Of a DNA stretch of 64,000 nt, positions 30,166-39,879 are shown piece after piece (the stretch's first letter is position 1; each line of letters starts with the position of its first letter). This stretch comes from a virus: the IMG/VR virus record IMGVR_UViG_3300045988_183789, one strand, 5' to 3'. Under the pieces are notes generated by a model. It was not told where the DNA came from. It was given only the letters and a program-made list of their open reading frames with translations, and did not search any database. Made by a program: the position numbers and the translations under genes.

Positions 30166-30600
30166 GTGACAGACGCAAAAAGAATCACAAGCTTATCGGC
30201 TGCCATTTTGCTCGCCGCGCAGTTGTTTACTCCTTTCATACCGGCGGCTTACGCAGATGATAAGAATGGACAGAATACAACATCAATTGCGACCTCCGAA
30301 ACAGCAATGCAAAGCAGCCTTGAAGAAGACAAAGAAGCAGACATCAAACTTGAAAGCGAGGACGGCTCGGCTGCCGATTTCTTTGCTTGCATCAATGGTG
30401 ACTTGGCAAAGGTGAGCAGTACCACAGACCTGCAAGGACCCGAACACCTGGCTGGCCGGGAACGCTACTATCTAACGGCTGAACAGCTGGAAAGCGTCTA
30501 CGCACCGTTTGGCTTTGCTGCCGAGACATGTAGAAGAAAATGCAGAGAACGTAAATCAGGATGTACTCGCAGCCTACAAAAAAGATGCTGGAGCTTATAA
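30166..30600 (+). CDS. Secreted hypothetical protein
   Basis: RBS AAAGGTG with a GTG start. The signal-like N-terminus ends in AAYADD. Confidence 0.4.
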   Translation: MTDAKRITSLSAAILLAAQLFTPFIPAAYADDKNGQNTTSIATSETAMQSSLEEDKEADIKLESEDGSAADFFACINGDLAKVSSTTDLQGPEHLAGRERYYLTAEQLESVYAPFGFAAETCRRKCRERKSGCTRSLQKRCWSL

Positions 30601-30964
30601 GGTGTTGGCACTGACGACCTGTGCCTCGGACTACTCCAATGCCAGAACCGTCATCATTACTCTGCTTCAGGAATGAGTTAAAGTTAAAAGTGTATCTCAT
30701 TTGATTTTGTATACCACATGTGGTATAATACAATATAGAGGGCAAGGACAAAGACCCGACGGTGCTGTCGATGACAGCCATGCAAACCGGGGCAGGGTAC
30801 AGTGCCTGAGTTCTCACAACATTTGCCGTCCCTCTCCGACGGTTCTATCTGCTTTCATGCAGTCACCTCGTTCCTTACATCCTTTCTTTATCCTTTCTTA
30901 CGGACCCCGCTGCTTTTCCCCGCAAAGAGCAGCGGGGATTCTTTTTGCTTATCGAAATAATGTC

Positions 30965-30992
30965 TTGTGCATTTGTGCGAATTGCGTAGAAT
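30965..30992 (+). promoter_or_regulatory. GCGAATTG-box promoter, copy a
   Basis: TTGTGC atttGTGCGAATTGcg TAGAAT, then TTAGAATTGTAC. Confidence 0.5.
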
Positions 30993-31235
30993 TAGAATTG
31001 TACAAGCGGAATTGGGTTCCGGCGGGTCTTAACCTCTTCCTGCCGGTGTGTACGACGTGGTTTCCTCTCACTTTGACATGTTTGCTTTCCGCTTGTATTC
31101 ACCCCATCGGCTTTTTCCTGGGCCGGTGGTTCATATAAAAGGCTGTGGTTGCTTTTGCTTCCGCAGCTTTTTTGTTTGTATTCGCGCCTGCACAAAAGAC
31201 AGGCATTGGTTGTGATGAGCGAAAGGAGTATGAAT

Positions 31236-32927
31236 ATGGCGCTTATCATCGGGATTGTAGCAGTCCTTATTATCATCTTCGGCTTTCTGTGCTACAAGAA
31301 GGCCCCTCCGACGGAGGCTATCGTCGTGACCGGCTTTGGGTTGTCAAAGCCCAAAGTAGTATCCGGTAAAGGCACGTTTGTGCTTCCTGTCTTGCAACGA
31401 GCAGACAAACTGAACATGCGGCTTCTGAAGATTGATGTCAAGACCCCAGAAACAGGCGTTAAGACTCAGAATGGTGTCAGCCTTTGGATTGATTCTGTTG
31501 TGACGATTCAGGTTTACAGTGAGAACTCCACTGTGTTGGACGATGAGGTCAAAGCATCTGGTCTGAAGGACGCCAAGGCGTATATCATGTCCCGCCAGCA
31601 GGCAGCTATCTCGAACTTCTTGGGCATGAACGAGCAGGGCATCAACGACAAGGTCAATGACGTTCTGCAGGGCAACCTGCGTGAGATTGTTTCCGACATG
31701 ACCGTTGACCAGATTCTGACAAACCGCAAGCAGATGGCACTGAGCGTCATTGAGAACGCTCGTCCAGACCTCGCCAAGATGGGCCTTGAGGTCGTGACCT
31801 TCAATGTTCAAGACATTAGGGACGCGATTGATGCACAGGGCCACAATCACGGTGTCATCGAAGCTATCGGTATCGAGCAGGAAGAACTGGTGAAGAAGCA
31901 GGCTGAGATTGCTCGTGCCCAGGCTGCTCGCGATGTGGCATGTGCAAAAGCAGATGCTGAGATGGCAGCGAACGCCAAGGAAGTTGAAGCCCAGACCGCT
32001 ATCGCACAGCGCAACAACGAGTTGCAGCTTGCCAAGGCAAAGCTGAAGGCAGAAGCTGACAAGGCTGCGGCCGACGCAGATGCTGCCGGTCGTATCCAGA
32101 TGAACCTCCGTGCCAAGGAAATCAAAGAAGCTGAGGCTGACGCAGAGATTGCCAAGCAGAAGAAGATGGTTGACCTTGCTGCGCAGGAAGCCGAAGTCCA
32201 GCAGCGTAAACTGGACGCAGAAGTCCGTAAACAGGCTGATGCAGACCTTTATCGCCGTCAGGAAGAAGCAGAAGCCAAAAAATACGAGGCGGAGCGTGCA
32301 GCCGAAGCACAAAAGTTCGCTAAGCAGCAGGAAGCAGAAGGCATCGAGATGGTCGGTAAGGCTGAGGCTGAAGCCATTCGCCAGAAAGGTCTGGCTGAGG
32401 CAGAGGCTATGAAGCAGAAAGCCGAAGCCTACAAACAGTACAACGACGCAGCTGTTGCCGAAATGCTTATCAAGGTTCTGCCTGACATCGCCAAGAGCGT
32501 GGCCCAGCCCCTGTCCAGCATCGACAAGGTGTCTATCATCGGTGGTGATGCTTCCGGCGTATCCGGTGTGTCTGGTAACGTCCCGGTGCTCATGGCCCAG
32601 ACCATGCAGACGGTGAAGGAGGCAACCGGTATCGACATGGGTGAGATTGTTCGTGCCAATAGCATCCAGGCTAAGACGGACCGCAACATCCATATCGATG
32701 GTGTGGAGTTGGACGAGCCAAAATCTCACATCACCTCCGAGCGTGTCGAAGATGGTTGGATGTTCCATGAGAAGGACCCTATCACCGGCGAAGATAAAAC
32801 TTCTTTCCGTCCCGATTTTACGGACGAGGAAAAGGCCATCATGGATGCTCACGCCAAGGCAGCTGAGAAGCATGCTACCACCAACAAAACCAATCCGTAT
32901 AAAAAGAAGACGGGCCCCAACAAATAA
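31236..32927 (+). CDS. Flotillin-like SPFH/band-7 protein
   Basis: RBS AAAGGAG. N-terminal TM helix, SPFH core, long Ala/Glu/Lys-rich coiled coil. Confidence 0.75.
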   Translation: MALIIGIVAVLIIIFGFLCYKKAPPTEAIVVTGFGLSKPKVVSGKGTFVLPVLQRADKLNMRLLKIDVKTPETGVKTQNGVSLWIDSVVTIQVYSENSTVLDDEVKASGLKDAKAYIMSRQQAAISNFLGMNEQGINDKVNDVLQGNLREIVSDMTVDQILTNRKQMALSVIENARPDLAKMGLEVVTFNVQDIRDAIDAQGHNHGVIEAIGIEQEELVKKQAEIARAQAARDVACAKADAEMAANAKEVEAQTAIAQRNNELQLAKAKLKAEADKAAADADAAGRIQMNLRAKEIKEAEADAEIAKQKKMVDLAAQEAEVQQRKLDAEVRKQADADLYRRQEEAEAKKYEAERAAEAQKFAKQQEAEGIEMVGKAEAEAIRQKGLAEAEAMKQKAEAYKQYNDAAVAEMLIKVLPDIAKSVAQPLSSIDKVSIIGGDASGVSGVSGNVPVLMAQTMQTVKEATGIDMGEIVRANSIQAKTDRNIHIDGVELDEPKSHITSERVEDGWMFHEKDPITGEDKTSFRPDFTDEEKAIMDAHAKAAEKHATTNKTNPYKKKTGPNK

Positions 32928-32971
32928 TTGAGGTTCATCACACAGCCCATTGAGGGCTGCTGCCGCTCAAC

Positions 32972-33032
32972 GAAGACAGCCTCCACGGGGCAAGCGGCGG
33001 GCAACGGGAAAGGCTCCTGGCAAATAGTCTTC
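32972..33032 (+). other. Structured-element family copy 2
   Basis: GAAGACAGCCTCCACGGGGCAAGCGGCGGGCAAC ... GGCAAATAGTCTTC. The closing helix is GAAGAC / GTCTTC. Confidence 0.45.
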
Positions 33033-33058
33033 AGAACGAAAAAGAAGGGGAGAAAGCC

Positions 33059-33451
33059 ATGAAAACACAACAGGTCCCAAACTCTCCCTATTTCATCTGC
33101 TATGACGAAAACGGCTTTTTCTGTGTATCCAAAGATAAGGATGGAAAAGAACCTATTTCTGCCTTTGAGACACAAGCATTTCTCGATGCAGTAGCCAATG
33201 GACTACTCTATATCGAGAAAGAACGAAAGAACAGATACCAGCGTATTGACGAAGCCCAAAAAGCCGCTTTTGCCAAAGGTGAAGCGGAAGGCAAAGAAAA
33301 CAAGCTCATCGCCACAGTCAAGGAACTGAAGGAGGAGCAAGCATTGAGGGAAGAGCAAGAGCGCAAATGGGCCTACGAAGCGTATACTCATACTCCGTAT
33401 TACAGCGGGACAAGGACAGAGTGGGTTCGCTTATCTCGTGGAGGATGGTGA
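33059..33451 (+). CDS. Hypothetical protein
   Basis: RBS AAGGGGAGAAAG. Confidence 0.45.
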   Translation: MKTQQVPNSPYFICYDENGFFCVSKDKDGKEPISAFETQAFLDAVANGLLYIEKERKNRYQRIDEAQKAAFAKGEAEGKENKLIATVKELKEEQALREEQERKWAYEAYTHTPYYSGTRTEWVRLSRGGW

Positions 33452-33456
33452 GTAAC

Positions 33457-33711
33457 ATGATGGGAAGTATCCCAATCCCAAATACAAGATTTTATCTGAC
33501 AAGCATCGATGGTAAAAAATGGTTCATAACGGAGTATTATAGGACCGTGCCTTTTAATCCTGAAAAAGATACTTACGACTTGTACAAAGCGTTTGCGGAA
33601 GCCTTCCGAGAAAACGAGAATGAAGAACGGGAATTTCCTGAGAAACTCAAAGAAGCCGAAAAAGAAGCCTGTGGTAGAGGCTTGCACGCCGGACGGTATA
33701 GTCATTTGTAG
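33457..33711 (+). CDS. Hypothetical small protein
   Basis: RBS GGAGGATGGTGAG. Confidence 0.4.
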   Translation: MMGSIPIPNTRFYLTSIDGKKWFITEYYRTVPFNPEKDTYDLYKAFAEAFRENENEEREFPEKLKEAEKEACGRGLHAGRYSHL

Positions 33712-33797
33712 ATACCCGCGAGTTTGAGCGAAGACAGACCAGGGCGGGAGCAATACGATGGCTTCTATGCTTGGTATGCAGCACACGGGAGATAACT

Positions 33798-34373
33798 ATG
33801 AAAAAGAAAACGAAAGCCATTATGCAGATACTTCTTATGTTGGTGATGGCGGTACTGTTTGCATTCGTACCGATTTCCTACATGCAGCAGGTTATCAGAA
33901 CGAACCTGGCTACGGTTGAGCCTTCTCAATTGGAGCAGTATGAGAAAAAATCCATTGCGCTGGATTCGGAAGACTATAACATTGTATCCAACATCATCAT
34001 GTGGGAACGGCATCAGGCCGCAAGTGATGAGCCGTCCGGCGACTACGTAACAGCCTTCTACCCGATAAAGGTATACACCAAAAGTGGTGATGATTATATC
34101 ATCGCGGCCGAGTTTGATGATAGCGAAAAAGGCTCCTATATCTATAGCCATGCTCCTATTAAAGGCAATATCCTGGCAGTACCGGCAGAACACCTGGAGG
34201 AATATCAGGAAGCAATTGGAGACATGAACGCATATCCGTACTATATCAGCGTAGACAGCAGCTCCGACGCCGAGAATTTTTGGGCATCGTTTCTGTGCGG
34301 ATTTCTTTCACTGCTGTCTGCAACAAGCGCAGTTCTGCTAATCAAAATGCAAATGGAGGGGGCAAACAACTAA
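33798..34373 (+). CDS. Membrane-anchored hypothetical protein
   Basis: RBS GGGAGA. N-terminal TM segment. Confidence 0.45.
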   Translation: MKKKTKAIMQILLMLVMAVLFAFVPISYMQQVIRTNLATVEPSQLEQYEKKSIALDSEDYNIVSNIIMWERHQAASDEPSGDYVTAFYPIKVYTKSGDDYIIAAEFDDSEKGSYIYSHAPIKGNILAVPAEHLEEYQEAIGDMNAYPYYISVDSSSDAENFWASFLCGFLSLLSATSAVLLIKMQMEGANN

Positions 34374-34903
34374 TGGGGTGGTATCACGTAAACAACACCG
34401 GGAAAGGCATTACCCTTGGAGACGGTGAGGAAGTCCATTACAACGAGGACTTTCTGGCGAGATATGTTCCGACTAAAGAAGAAGTTCTTGCCTTAGTGCC
34501 GTCTTTCAAAAACGAAGACCTCGAAGGGTATGAAGCCTGGCCGCTGGGCATGAAATTCGTTGCGGCAGCCGGTGATTGGTATAATCTGCACCGGGCTAAG
34601 GACTACGGAAGTGACTGCTTGAAGGAAGAAGCCCATATCATCTATGCAAGCGCCCTGTGTCACATTTTTGAAAAGTGTTACGGCTATCCCTCCGGGAGCT
34701 TTTTCAGTACGTTTGATTACGATGGCAACACGATGGTTTTCTGCGCCATTGATTGGCCGCCGAAAGAGTATAACGAAAAGCTCGCCACTCTGACCGAGAA
34801 GAAGCTCGAAGCGGAATTGCAAGAATTTCTGGTCAATGTTACGGGTGATGAGAGTTATGCAGAACGCAAACTGGAGTTTTGCGAGGAGTACATCAAGGAA
34901 TGA
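34373..34903 (+). CDS. Hypothetical protein
   Basis: ATG overlaps the upstream TAA (TAATG). RBS GGAGGGGG. Confidence 0.45.
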   Translation: MGWYHVNNTGKGITLGDGEEVHYNEDFLARYVPTKEEVLALVPSFKNEDLEGYEAWPLGMKFVAAAGDWYNLHRAKDYGSDCLKEEAHIIYASALCHIFEKCYGYPSGSFFSTFDYDGNTMVFCAIDWPPKEYNEKLATLTEKKLEAELQEFLVNVTGDESYAERKLEFCEEYIKE

Positions 34904-35475
34904 AACGGATAGAACCTAATATCATTGAAACCAGCTACTATACTCTCGTATCTGCCAATGAAGGGGTAGGGAAGACGTTCTGGTGTAAGCGTCAGATTGC
35001 CAAGGTGCTGCGTACCATCTCAGACCGAATCATTGTCTTTGATGTGACAGGGGAGTACGCGGACTTTGTACTGGACCATGACCGTATCGTTCCGGGCCGC
35101 ATTCCGATGATTCTGCATCAATATAAGATTACGGACGATAAGCCCGTTGTGGCGCATACCATCGAAGTCGATATGGCGATGGGAAAGCAGCCCCAACTTA
35201 TTGTCCATGATGTGAGCCGAACTATGACCTACACATGGCATAAGGGGGTTCTTGCCATTACGGCATCACTCATTCACTATCTGGCCGGCAGGGAACACAC
35301 CAAGACCTGGCTATTTTTGAATCTTGACCCGTATTCCTTTGAGGATGAAAGCGAGCCGTCCTGGACGGTGCTCGAACGGTTTGTAAAGCAGCATGGGCAG
35401 GAGGTAAAGCCTGTATTTACATCTCGGAAACTCGGCGTGAAAGAAATCAATAGACGCCTAAACATCAAATCTTGA
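34900..35475 (+). CDS. Small P-loop NTPase
   Basis: Walker A SANEGVGKT and Walker B RIIVFDVTGEY. Confidence 0.5.
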   Translation: MKRIEPNIIETSYYTLVSANEGVGKTFWCKRQIAKVLRTISDRIIVFDVTGEYADFVLDHDRIVPGRIPMILHQYKITDDKPVVAHTIEVDMAMGKQPQLIVHDVSRTMTYTWHKGVLAITASLIHYLAGREHTKTWLFLNLDPYSFEDESEPSWTVLERFVKQHGQEVKPVFTSRKLGVKEINRRLNIKS

Positions 35476-35503
35476 GCGGGGTTCTCCCCGCAGCTGCCTT
35501 TAC

Positions 35504-35573
35504 GCAAAGAGGCCTCCACGAGGCGGGCAGCGGGCAACAGCTACGGCTGGCAGACAACTTTGCTTTCTAACAA
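35504..35573 (+). other. Structured-element family copy 3
   Basis: GCAAAGAGGCCTCCACGAGGCGGGCAGCGGGCAAC ... CTTTGC. The closing helix is GCAAAG / CTTTGC. Confidence 0.4.
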
Positions 35574-35618
35574 ACCATCGGGAAACCGAAAACAAATAAC
35601 ATATTTTGGAGGATATTT

Positions 35619-36506
35619 ATGACTTCTGAACAGGTTCGTATCGCACTCACCGCCAATGCCGTTACTCGCTCGACCCGTACCGGCTTCGATTTTGAGGACC
35701 CCTGCGGCAAGACGCTGGACGAATTCACCAAGGGCGCTACGCTTCAGTGCCTGCGTGTTGCCCAGCAGATGCAGCAGCCTGGCTTTGAAAAGGTGCTGGC
35801 TGCCCAGATTTTCCCGTGCTACACCATCGCCAACTGGAACCAGACCAAGGTCATCTATGATTTCGGCAAGGATTTTCTGGAGCTGCTGATGGATACCGAT
35901 GACCTCACCATCCATCGCGAGGTGCTGGAGCGCCTGCCGTTCAAGAACTTCTATGTGCCTCTGTACAACAGCGTAGACTACTGCGGCATGTTCGTACATA
36001 TCGAGTTTGATACAAAGACGGATGACACCTTCGTTGGCATCGTCCTCGTGGGCCCGGTCCAGAACGAAAAGGAGAACTTCGCGTTCCTGTCTCTGCCCGC
36101 TTGGATTAAGGAGGGTCAGAGCCTGACGGAGGCGACTCGCAGCACGAAACAGTACATCGAAAAAGCATCTTCGACTCGCGATAAAGATGACATCACTATT
36201 CCTGAAACGCTGGACGCTATCCCGTCTGTTTACGGCGAAGGCACGCCCTATGTCCGCCTCGCAATGCTGTGTGCCTACTACCTTGCCAGCAAAGGCGCAG
36301 AGATTCGTCTGGACAGTCCGAAAAAGGACGAGCGTCCTGTCTTTACGTTCAAGGGCCAGACCAAGAAAGTCAATATCAAGACCTTCGTGGTGGGCCATTA
36401 TCTGATGGAGCGTTACAAGAAGGAAGCGAACGGTAAGGCTCCCACCTGGCGGCACTATTGGTGCGGCAATGGCCGCGAGCGCCGTGAGTGCAAGTTCTCC
36501 TTTTGA
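35619..36506 (+). CDS. Hypothetical protein
   Basis: RBS GGAGGA. Confidence 0.45.
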   Translation: MTSEQVRIALTANAVTRSTRTGFDFEDPCGKTLDEFTKGATLQCLRVAQQMQQPGFEKVLAAQIFPCYTIANWNQTKVIYDFGKDFLELLMDTDDLTIHREVLERLPFKNFYVPLYNSVDYCGMFVHIEFDTKTDDTFVGIVLVGPVQNEKENFAFLSLPAWIKEGQSLTEATRSTKQYIEKASSTRDKDDITIPETLDAIPSVYGEGTPYVRLAMLCAYYLASKGAEIRLDSPKKDERPVFTFKGQTKKVNIKTFVVGHYLMERYKKEANGKAPTWRHYWCGNGRERRECKFSF

Positions 36507-36988
36507 TTCCTATGGGTATCGTTGATATTTGCAGAGTGGCGCTGTTCTCCATAACGGCTATCCTTTTCGCTGCAAATGGTGTTTATAACTTGTATTTTGG
36601 GCGTAAAGCCTTCCAAGAAGTAACCTATTGCTGCGGCAAAAGAAAATACCTATCACCCGAAGATACTCTGAACCATACGGTACGAATCCTTGTCATTAGC
36701 TGTGTGATTTCAACGGCATTTGCTTTGTTGGTTTTGCGCTTAATTGAAGTCAATAAGGTCGAAGCTCAACTCATGCTGAACTACTGTTTAACTGTGTTTG
36801 TTTGTTTAGCGTTTGACATTTCGCTGCTGATGGTATCCGCAATTCCTCTTGCATTCGGGAAATTGGCGTCGGTCCGAAAGGTATTACCCATCTATACAAA
36901 GGTTATCTGGGCTGGAAAAGCAGGATGGTGCTTTGTATCTGCTATCGGGTTTACAAAGATGGCGATTCACTATCTAGCTGCACTGTGA
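36488..36988 (+). CDS. Multi-pass membrane protein. Start uncertain
   Basis: Four hydrophobic segments. Confidence 0.4.
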   Translation: MQVLLLIPMGIVDICRVALFSITAILFAANGVYNLYFGRKAFQEVTYCCGKRKYLSPEDTLNHTVRILVISCVISTAFALLVLRLIEVNKVEAQLMLNYCLTVFVCLAFDISLLMVSAIPLAFGKLASVRKVLPIYTKVIWAGKAGWCFVSAIGFTKMAIHYLAAL

Positions 36989-36998
36989 GGGAATGCCT

Positions 36999-37163
36999 AT
37001 GGGTACTAAGAACTATGTCGTTGATGACCGCTGCATTGTTCCGCCGGAAATCAAAATGCTGAGCGCTGCCGAACTGGCTGAAAAGATTGCAGAGTACGAG
37101 CAGGTCTTGCCGCCTCTAAAGCATAACGATGCGGAAATCAAACTACCTATCCATATAGAGTAA
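36999..37163 (+). CDS. Small protein, 54 aa
   Basis: RBS GAGGGAA lies 5 nt upstream of the ATG. Not in the supplied ORF track because it is under 60 aa. Confidence 0.35.
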   Translation: MGTKNYVVDDRCIVPPEIKMLSAAELAEKIAEYEQVLPPLKHNDAEIKLPIHIE

Positions 37164-37173
37164 AGGAGCTTTT

Positions 37174-38040
37174 ATGAGCACTGAACTTGTCGCTATTGAG
37201 CGCATCATTATCGGGAAAGGTGAGAAGGGTGCCGAGCAGGTACGTAAAGATTTGGCGCGATATTTGCGCCAGTTCCTCGATACCGCCAGCATCGAGTCCA
37301 TGAGTCTTAGCGCAATGGTCATCAAACTTGACGGGAAAACTGTTCTGGACATTCACGACAAGACCGGCGGGAAGGGGCTTGATGGTCTCGATACCAGCTG
37401 GCAGCATGCGTCCGAAACAGAAGAAGCTGTTTCTGGCATTCTTCGTGATGTGGACGTAGAAGCGTTTCTGTCTTACGGCATGATTCACTACTTCAGCCAC
37501 AGCATCTTCTACGGCTCTGCATTCTGGAGCGATGTCTTGCAGGATTGCGGGGCTGAATCGGTCCGGTATCAGGGCCTTGAATACTACGACGTGGACAGCC
37601 ATGTGTCGATGCTGACCTTTGATGGCAAGACGCTGTGCGACAGTCCCGATTATGTGTCGGAAGAAGCGGTAAAGGATATTCCTTTCTGGTTCTGCTACAC
37701 CTTCGAGATGGAGCTGGAAGCGGGAGATACCTTCACCGTTCAGCAGGTCGATAAGATGCTGGCTGCAGTTCAGTCCGTCAGGAGCGTCTTCGGCCGCGAG
37801 GAAGGCGATGCAGCAGATGTAGATGAGGGTTGCCTCTCTATCTGCACGAGCGTCACCCTCAAACCTAACCAGATTCAGGACTTTACAGCATTCCTCAAGA
37901 CGATGCTTGACATTGCAGAAGAGTCCGGCGGCTCGCTCAGCTATACGGCTGAGTTTGTGCCGATTCAGATGGATACTTTCGCTGCCATGATTCTGGACAT
38001 GGACAAAGATGGTATTGTGCCTCGATTCTTCAAGTTCTAA
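37174..38040 (+). CDS. Hypothetical protein
   Basis: RBS AAAGGAG. Confidence 0.45.
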   Translation: MSTELVAIERIIIGKGEKGAEQVRKDLARYLRQFLDTASIESMSLSAMVIKLDGKTVLDIHDKTGGKGLDGLDTSWQHASETEEAVSGILRDVDVEAFLSYGMIHYFSHSIFYGSAFWSDVLQDCGAESVRYQGLEYYDVDSHVSMLTFDGKTLCDSPDYVSEEAVKDIPFWFCYTFEMELEAGDTFTVQQVDKMLAAVQSVRSVFGREEGDAADVDEGCLSICTSVTLKPNQIQDFTAFLKTMLDIAEESGGSLSYTAEFVPIQMDTFAAMILDMDKDGIVPRFFKF

Positions 38041-38056
38041 TTCGGATTAGTGATAC

Positions 38057-38090
38057 GCAGCCGCTTCCTTCGGGAGGTGGCTGCTTTTTT
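38057..38090 (+). terminator. Rho-independent terminator
   Basis: GCAGCCGCTTCC-TTCG-GGAGGTGGCTGC followed by TTTTTT. Confidence 0.65.
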
Positions 38091-38105
38091 CGTATCTGCG
38101 AAAAT

Positions 38106-38134
38106 TTGATGAATTGTGCGAATTGCAGATAATA
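38106..38134 (+). promoter_or_regulatory. GCGAATTG-box promoter, copy b
   Basis: TTGATG aattGTGCGAATTGcag ATAATA. Confidence 0.5.
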
Positions 38135-38166
38135 AAAATCAGATATATATTGGGAGGGAAAATGAC

Positions 38167-39444
38167 ATGTTTCCGTTTTTCAAAAAGAAGCAAGCGCCCG
38201 CTAATGTTCCTGAAATCATACCGATTCAGGAAGAAGGCGGTGTCTGCATTGCAAAGTGCTGGACAGGAAAAGAGGATGCCGATATAGTCGTCAACATGAC
38301 TGACGCTTCCAAACATCAAAGCTCAGTCATCTCCATTGTCGGAAGCCACGGCCAGGGCAAGGATTTTACTGGCAAGTTGATTCTTTACCGCCTTTGCAAG
38401 CAAGGAGCACAAGCTACTATCCTAACGGATGGGTTGAGCCGTGAAGAGTACGGCTATATGTGCGACCAGCTTGGCGGTAAGAACGTGATTATAGGAGAAG
38501 AAAACTCACATATCAACTTGTTCGACATTCGCAAGCCGAAAGAAGGCTCCCGTAAGTGTTCCGTTCTAACAAGAAAAGTACAGGAACTGCTCACAGTGTT
38601 CAGAGCAATGTATCCTGAGATGACACCAGAGCAAGCGGGATTGCTTGATGCGTTACTCTACCGCCTTTATAAGGTCAAAGGCATCACCTATGACAATGCC
38701 AGTCTTCTCGTGGAAGGCTCAGACCAGTACAAAGAGTTCCCGACTATAGAAGACTTTTATACGACCATTAAGCTTGCACATCTGAAAGAACTTGATGACT
38801 TCGCAAACGTGCTTTCACAGTTTGTAGATGGACCTTATGGCTGGTTCAACCATAAGACGGATGTTGATTGGGATAGTCCTTTCCTTGTGCTGGACTTTAT
38901 GAAATACAGGGGACAAATCGAAAAAGACAGTACGGCCAAGGACTTTATGATGGCCTATTGCTTTGAAATCCTCAGCGAGCGTATGCAGAACGAGGCGGAC
39001 AAGAAGGCTATTCTGATGCGGGATGTATTCTTTGGCGAGAACCGTGACGTTATGAAAAATGCTCCGTTTATGCTGGAGCGTGACACCACTTTGAGCTGGA
39101 GCAAACACCTCTGCCAGAACGCGATGCCCTGTGACTGCACCGTAATCACCGTTACCAGCGTGTTTAACGACGGTATAGACGATGCGTTTCTCCATGAAAT
39201 CATGGCTGATTCAGATGTACAGGTATACCACAAAATATTCAGCCATTTGGTTCCCAATGTGGCAAAAGCATGCCACTTGAGCGAAAAGAACGCAAAATAC
39301 GTCTCAGAGCTTCAAAGGGGACATGTCATTATTTTTGCGGATGGTAAGTGGACATGGAGCGATGTGAAGGCTGATGATGAAGAATATAAGATGATGACCG
39401 AATATCCTTCTGACATCAGAGTCTATGGGAGGGACTGGCAATGA
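38167..39444 (+). CDS. Hypothetical protein
   Basis: RBS GGGAGGG. Contains GSHGQGKD, a degenerate P-loop-like motif that is not a canonical Walker A. Confidence 0.45.
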   Translation: MFPFFKKKQAPANVPEIIPIQEEGGVCIAKCWTGKEDADIVVNMTDASKHQSSVISIVGSHGQGKDFTGKLILYRLCKQGAQATILTDGLSREEYGYMCDQLGGKNVIIGEENSHINLFDIRKPKEGSRKCSVLTRKVQELLTVFRAMYPEMTPEQAGLLDALLYRLYKVKGITYDNASLLVEGSDQYKEFPTIEDFYTTIKLAHLKELDDFANVLSQFVDGPYGWFNHKTDVDWDSPFLVLDFMKYRGQIEKDSTAKDFMMAYCFEILSERMQNEADKKAILMRDVFFGENRDVMKNAPFMLERDTTLSWSKHLCQNAMPCDCTVITVTSVFNDGIDDAFLHEIMADSDVQVYHKIFSHLVPNVAKACHLSEKNAKYVSELQRGHVIIFADGKWTWSDVKADDEEYKMMTEYPSDIRVYGRDWQ

Positions 39445-39866
39445 ATATCGCTTTATTCGCTATCTCAACCTTCATTGTCATCATCTGTATCGGCATACCG
39501 GTAGCCAAGCATCCTCACTGGTTCAACACATACGAAGAGCAGGTTCAGGCAGCAAAAGATAAAGGTTACTGTGCTATGGCTACGCCTGTCAAAATCCGGA
39601 ACTTGCCGTATGACTCCAGTGAACCCACCTATAAGAACTACAACTATTCTGTCGTATATCAATTTGAGTTTGAAGGCAGGATATATACAAAGCGCCGCCA
39701 ACAGAATGACTACCCGGAGCCAAGGATGTTCTATTTTCCGAGCGGGAACCCCAAAAGAGCATTTTGCTGTAGAGAAGACCAGCCTCTGACACTTGGCAGC
39801 TGGATTTCGGTGCTTATGCTTGTTGCCGTTGGTATCGTATATCGAATTCTATCTATATTTGTATAA
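39441..39866 (+). CDS. Membrane protein
   Basis: Two TM segments. Confidence 0.45.
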   Translation: MNIALFAISTFIVIICIGIPVAKHPHWFNTYEEQVQAAKDKGYCAMATPVKIRNLPYDSSEPTYKNYNYSVVYQFEFEGRIYTKRRQQNDYPEPRMFYFPSGNPKRAFCCREDQPLTLGSWISVLMLVAVGIVYRILSIFV

Positions 39867-39879
39867 AGGACTTTCACCC

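Noticed and set aside
31344-32873. 509-aa minus-strand ORF antisense to the flotillin gene, with nested ORFs at 31514, 31847, 32122 and 32429
   Set aside because: The sense frame has the SPFH domain, a TM anchor and an RBS. The antisense frame is low-complexity, produced by the repetitive Ala/Glu/Lys coding sequence.
38167-39444. Calling the 425-aa protein an ATPase from the GSHGQGKD motif
   Set aside because: The motif lacks the Ser/Thr after the Lys and there is no convincing Walker B, so it is kept as hypothetical.
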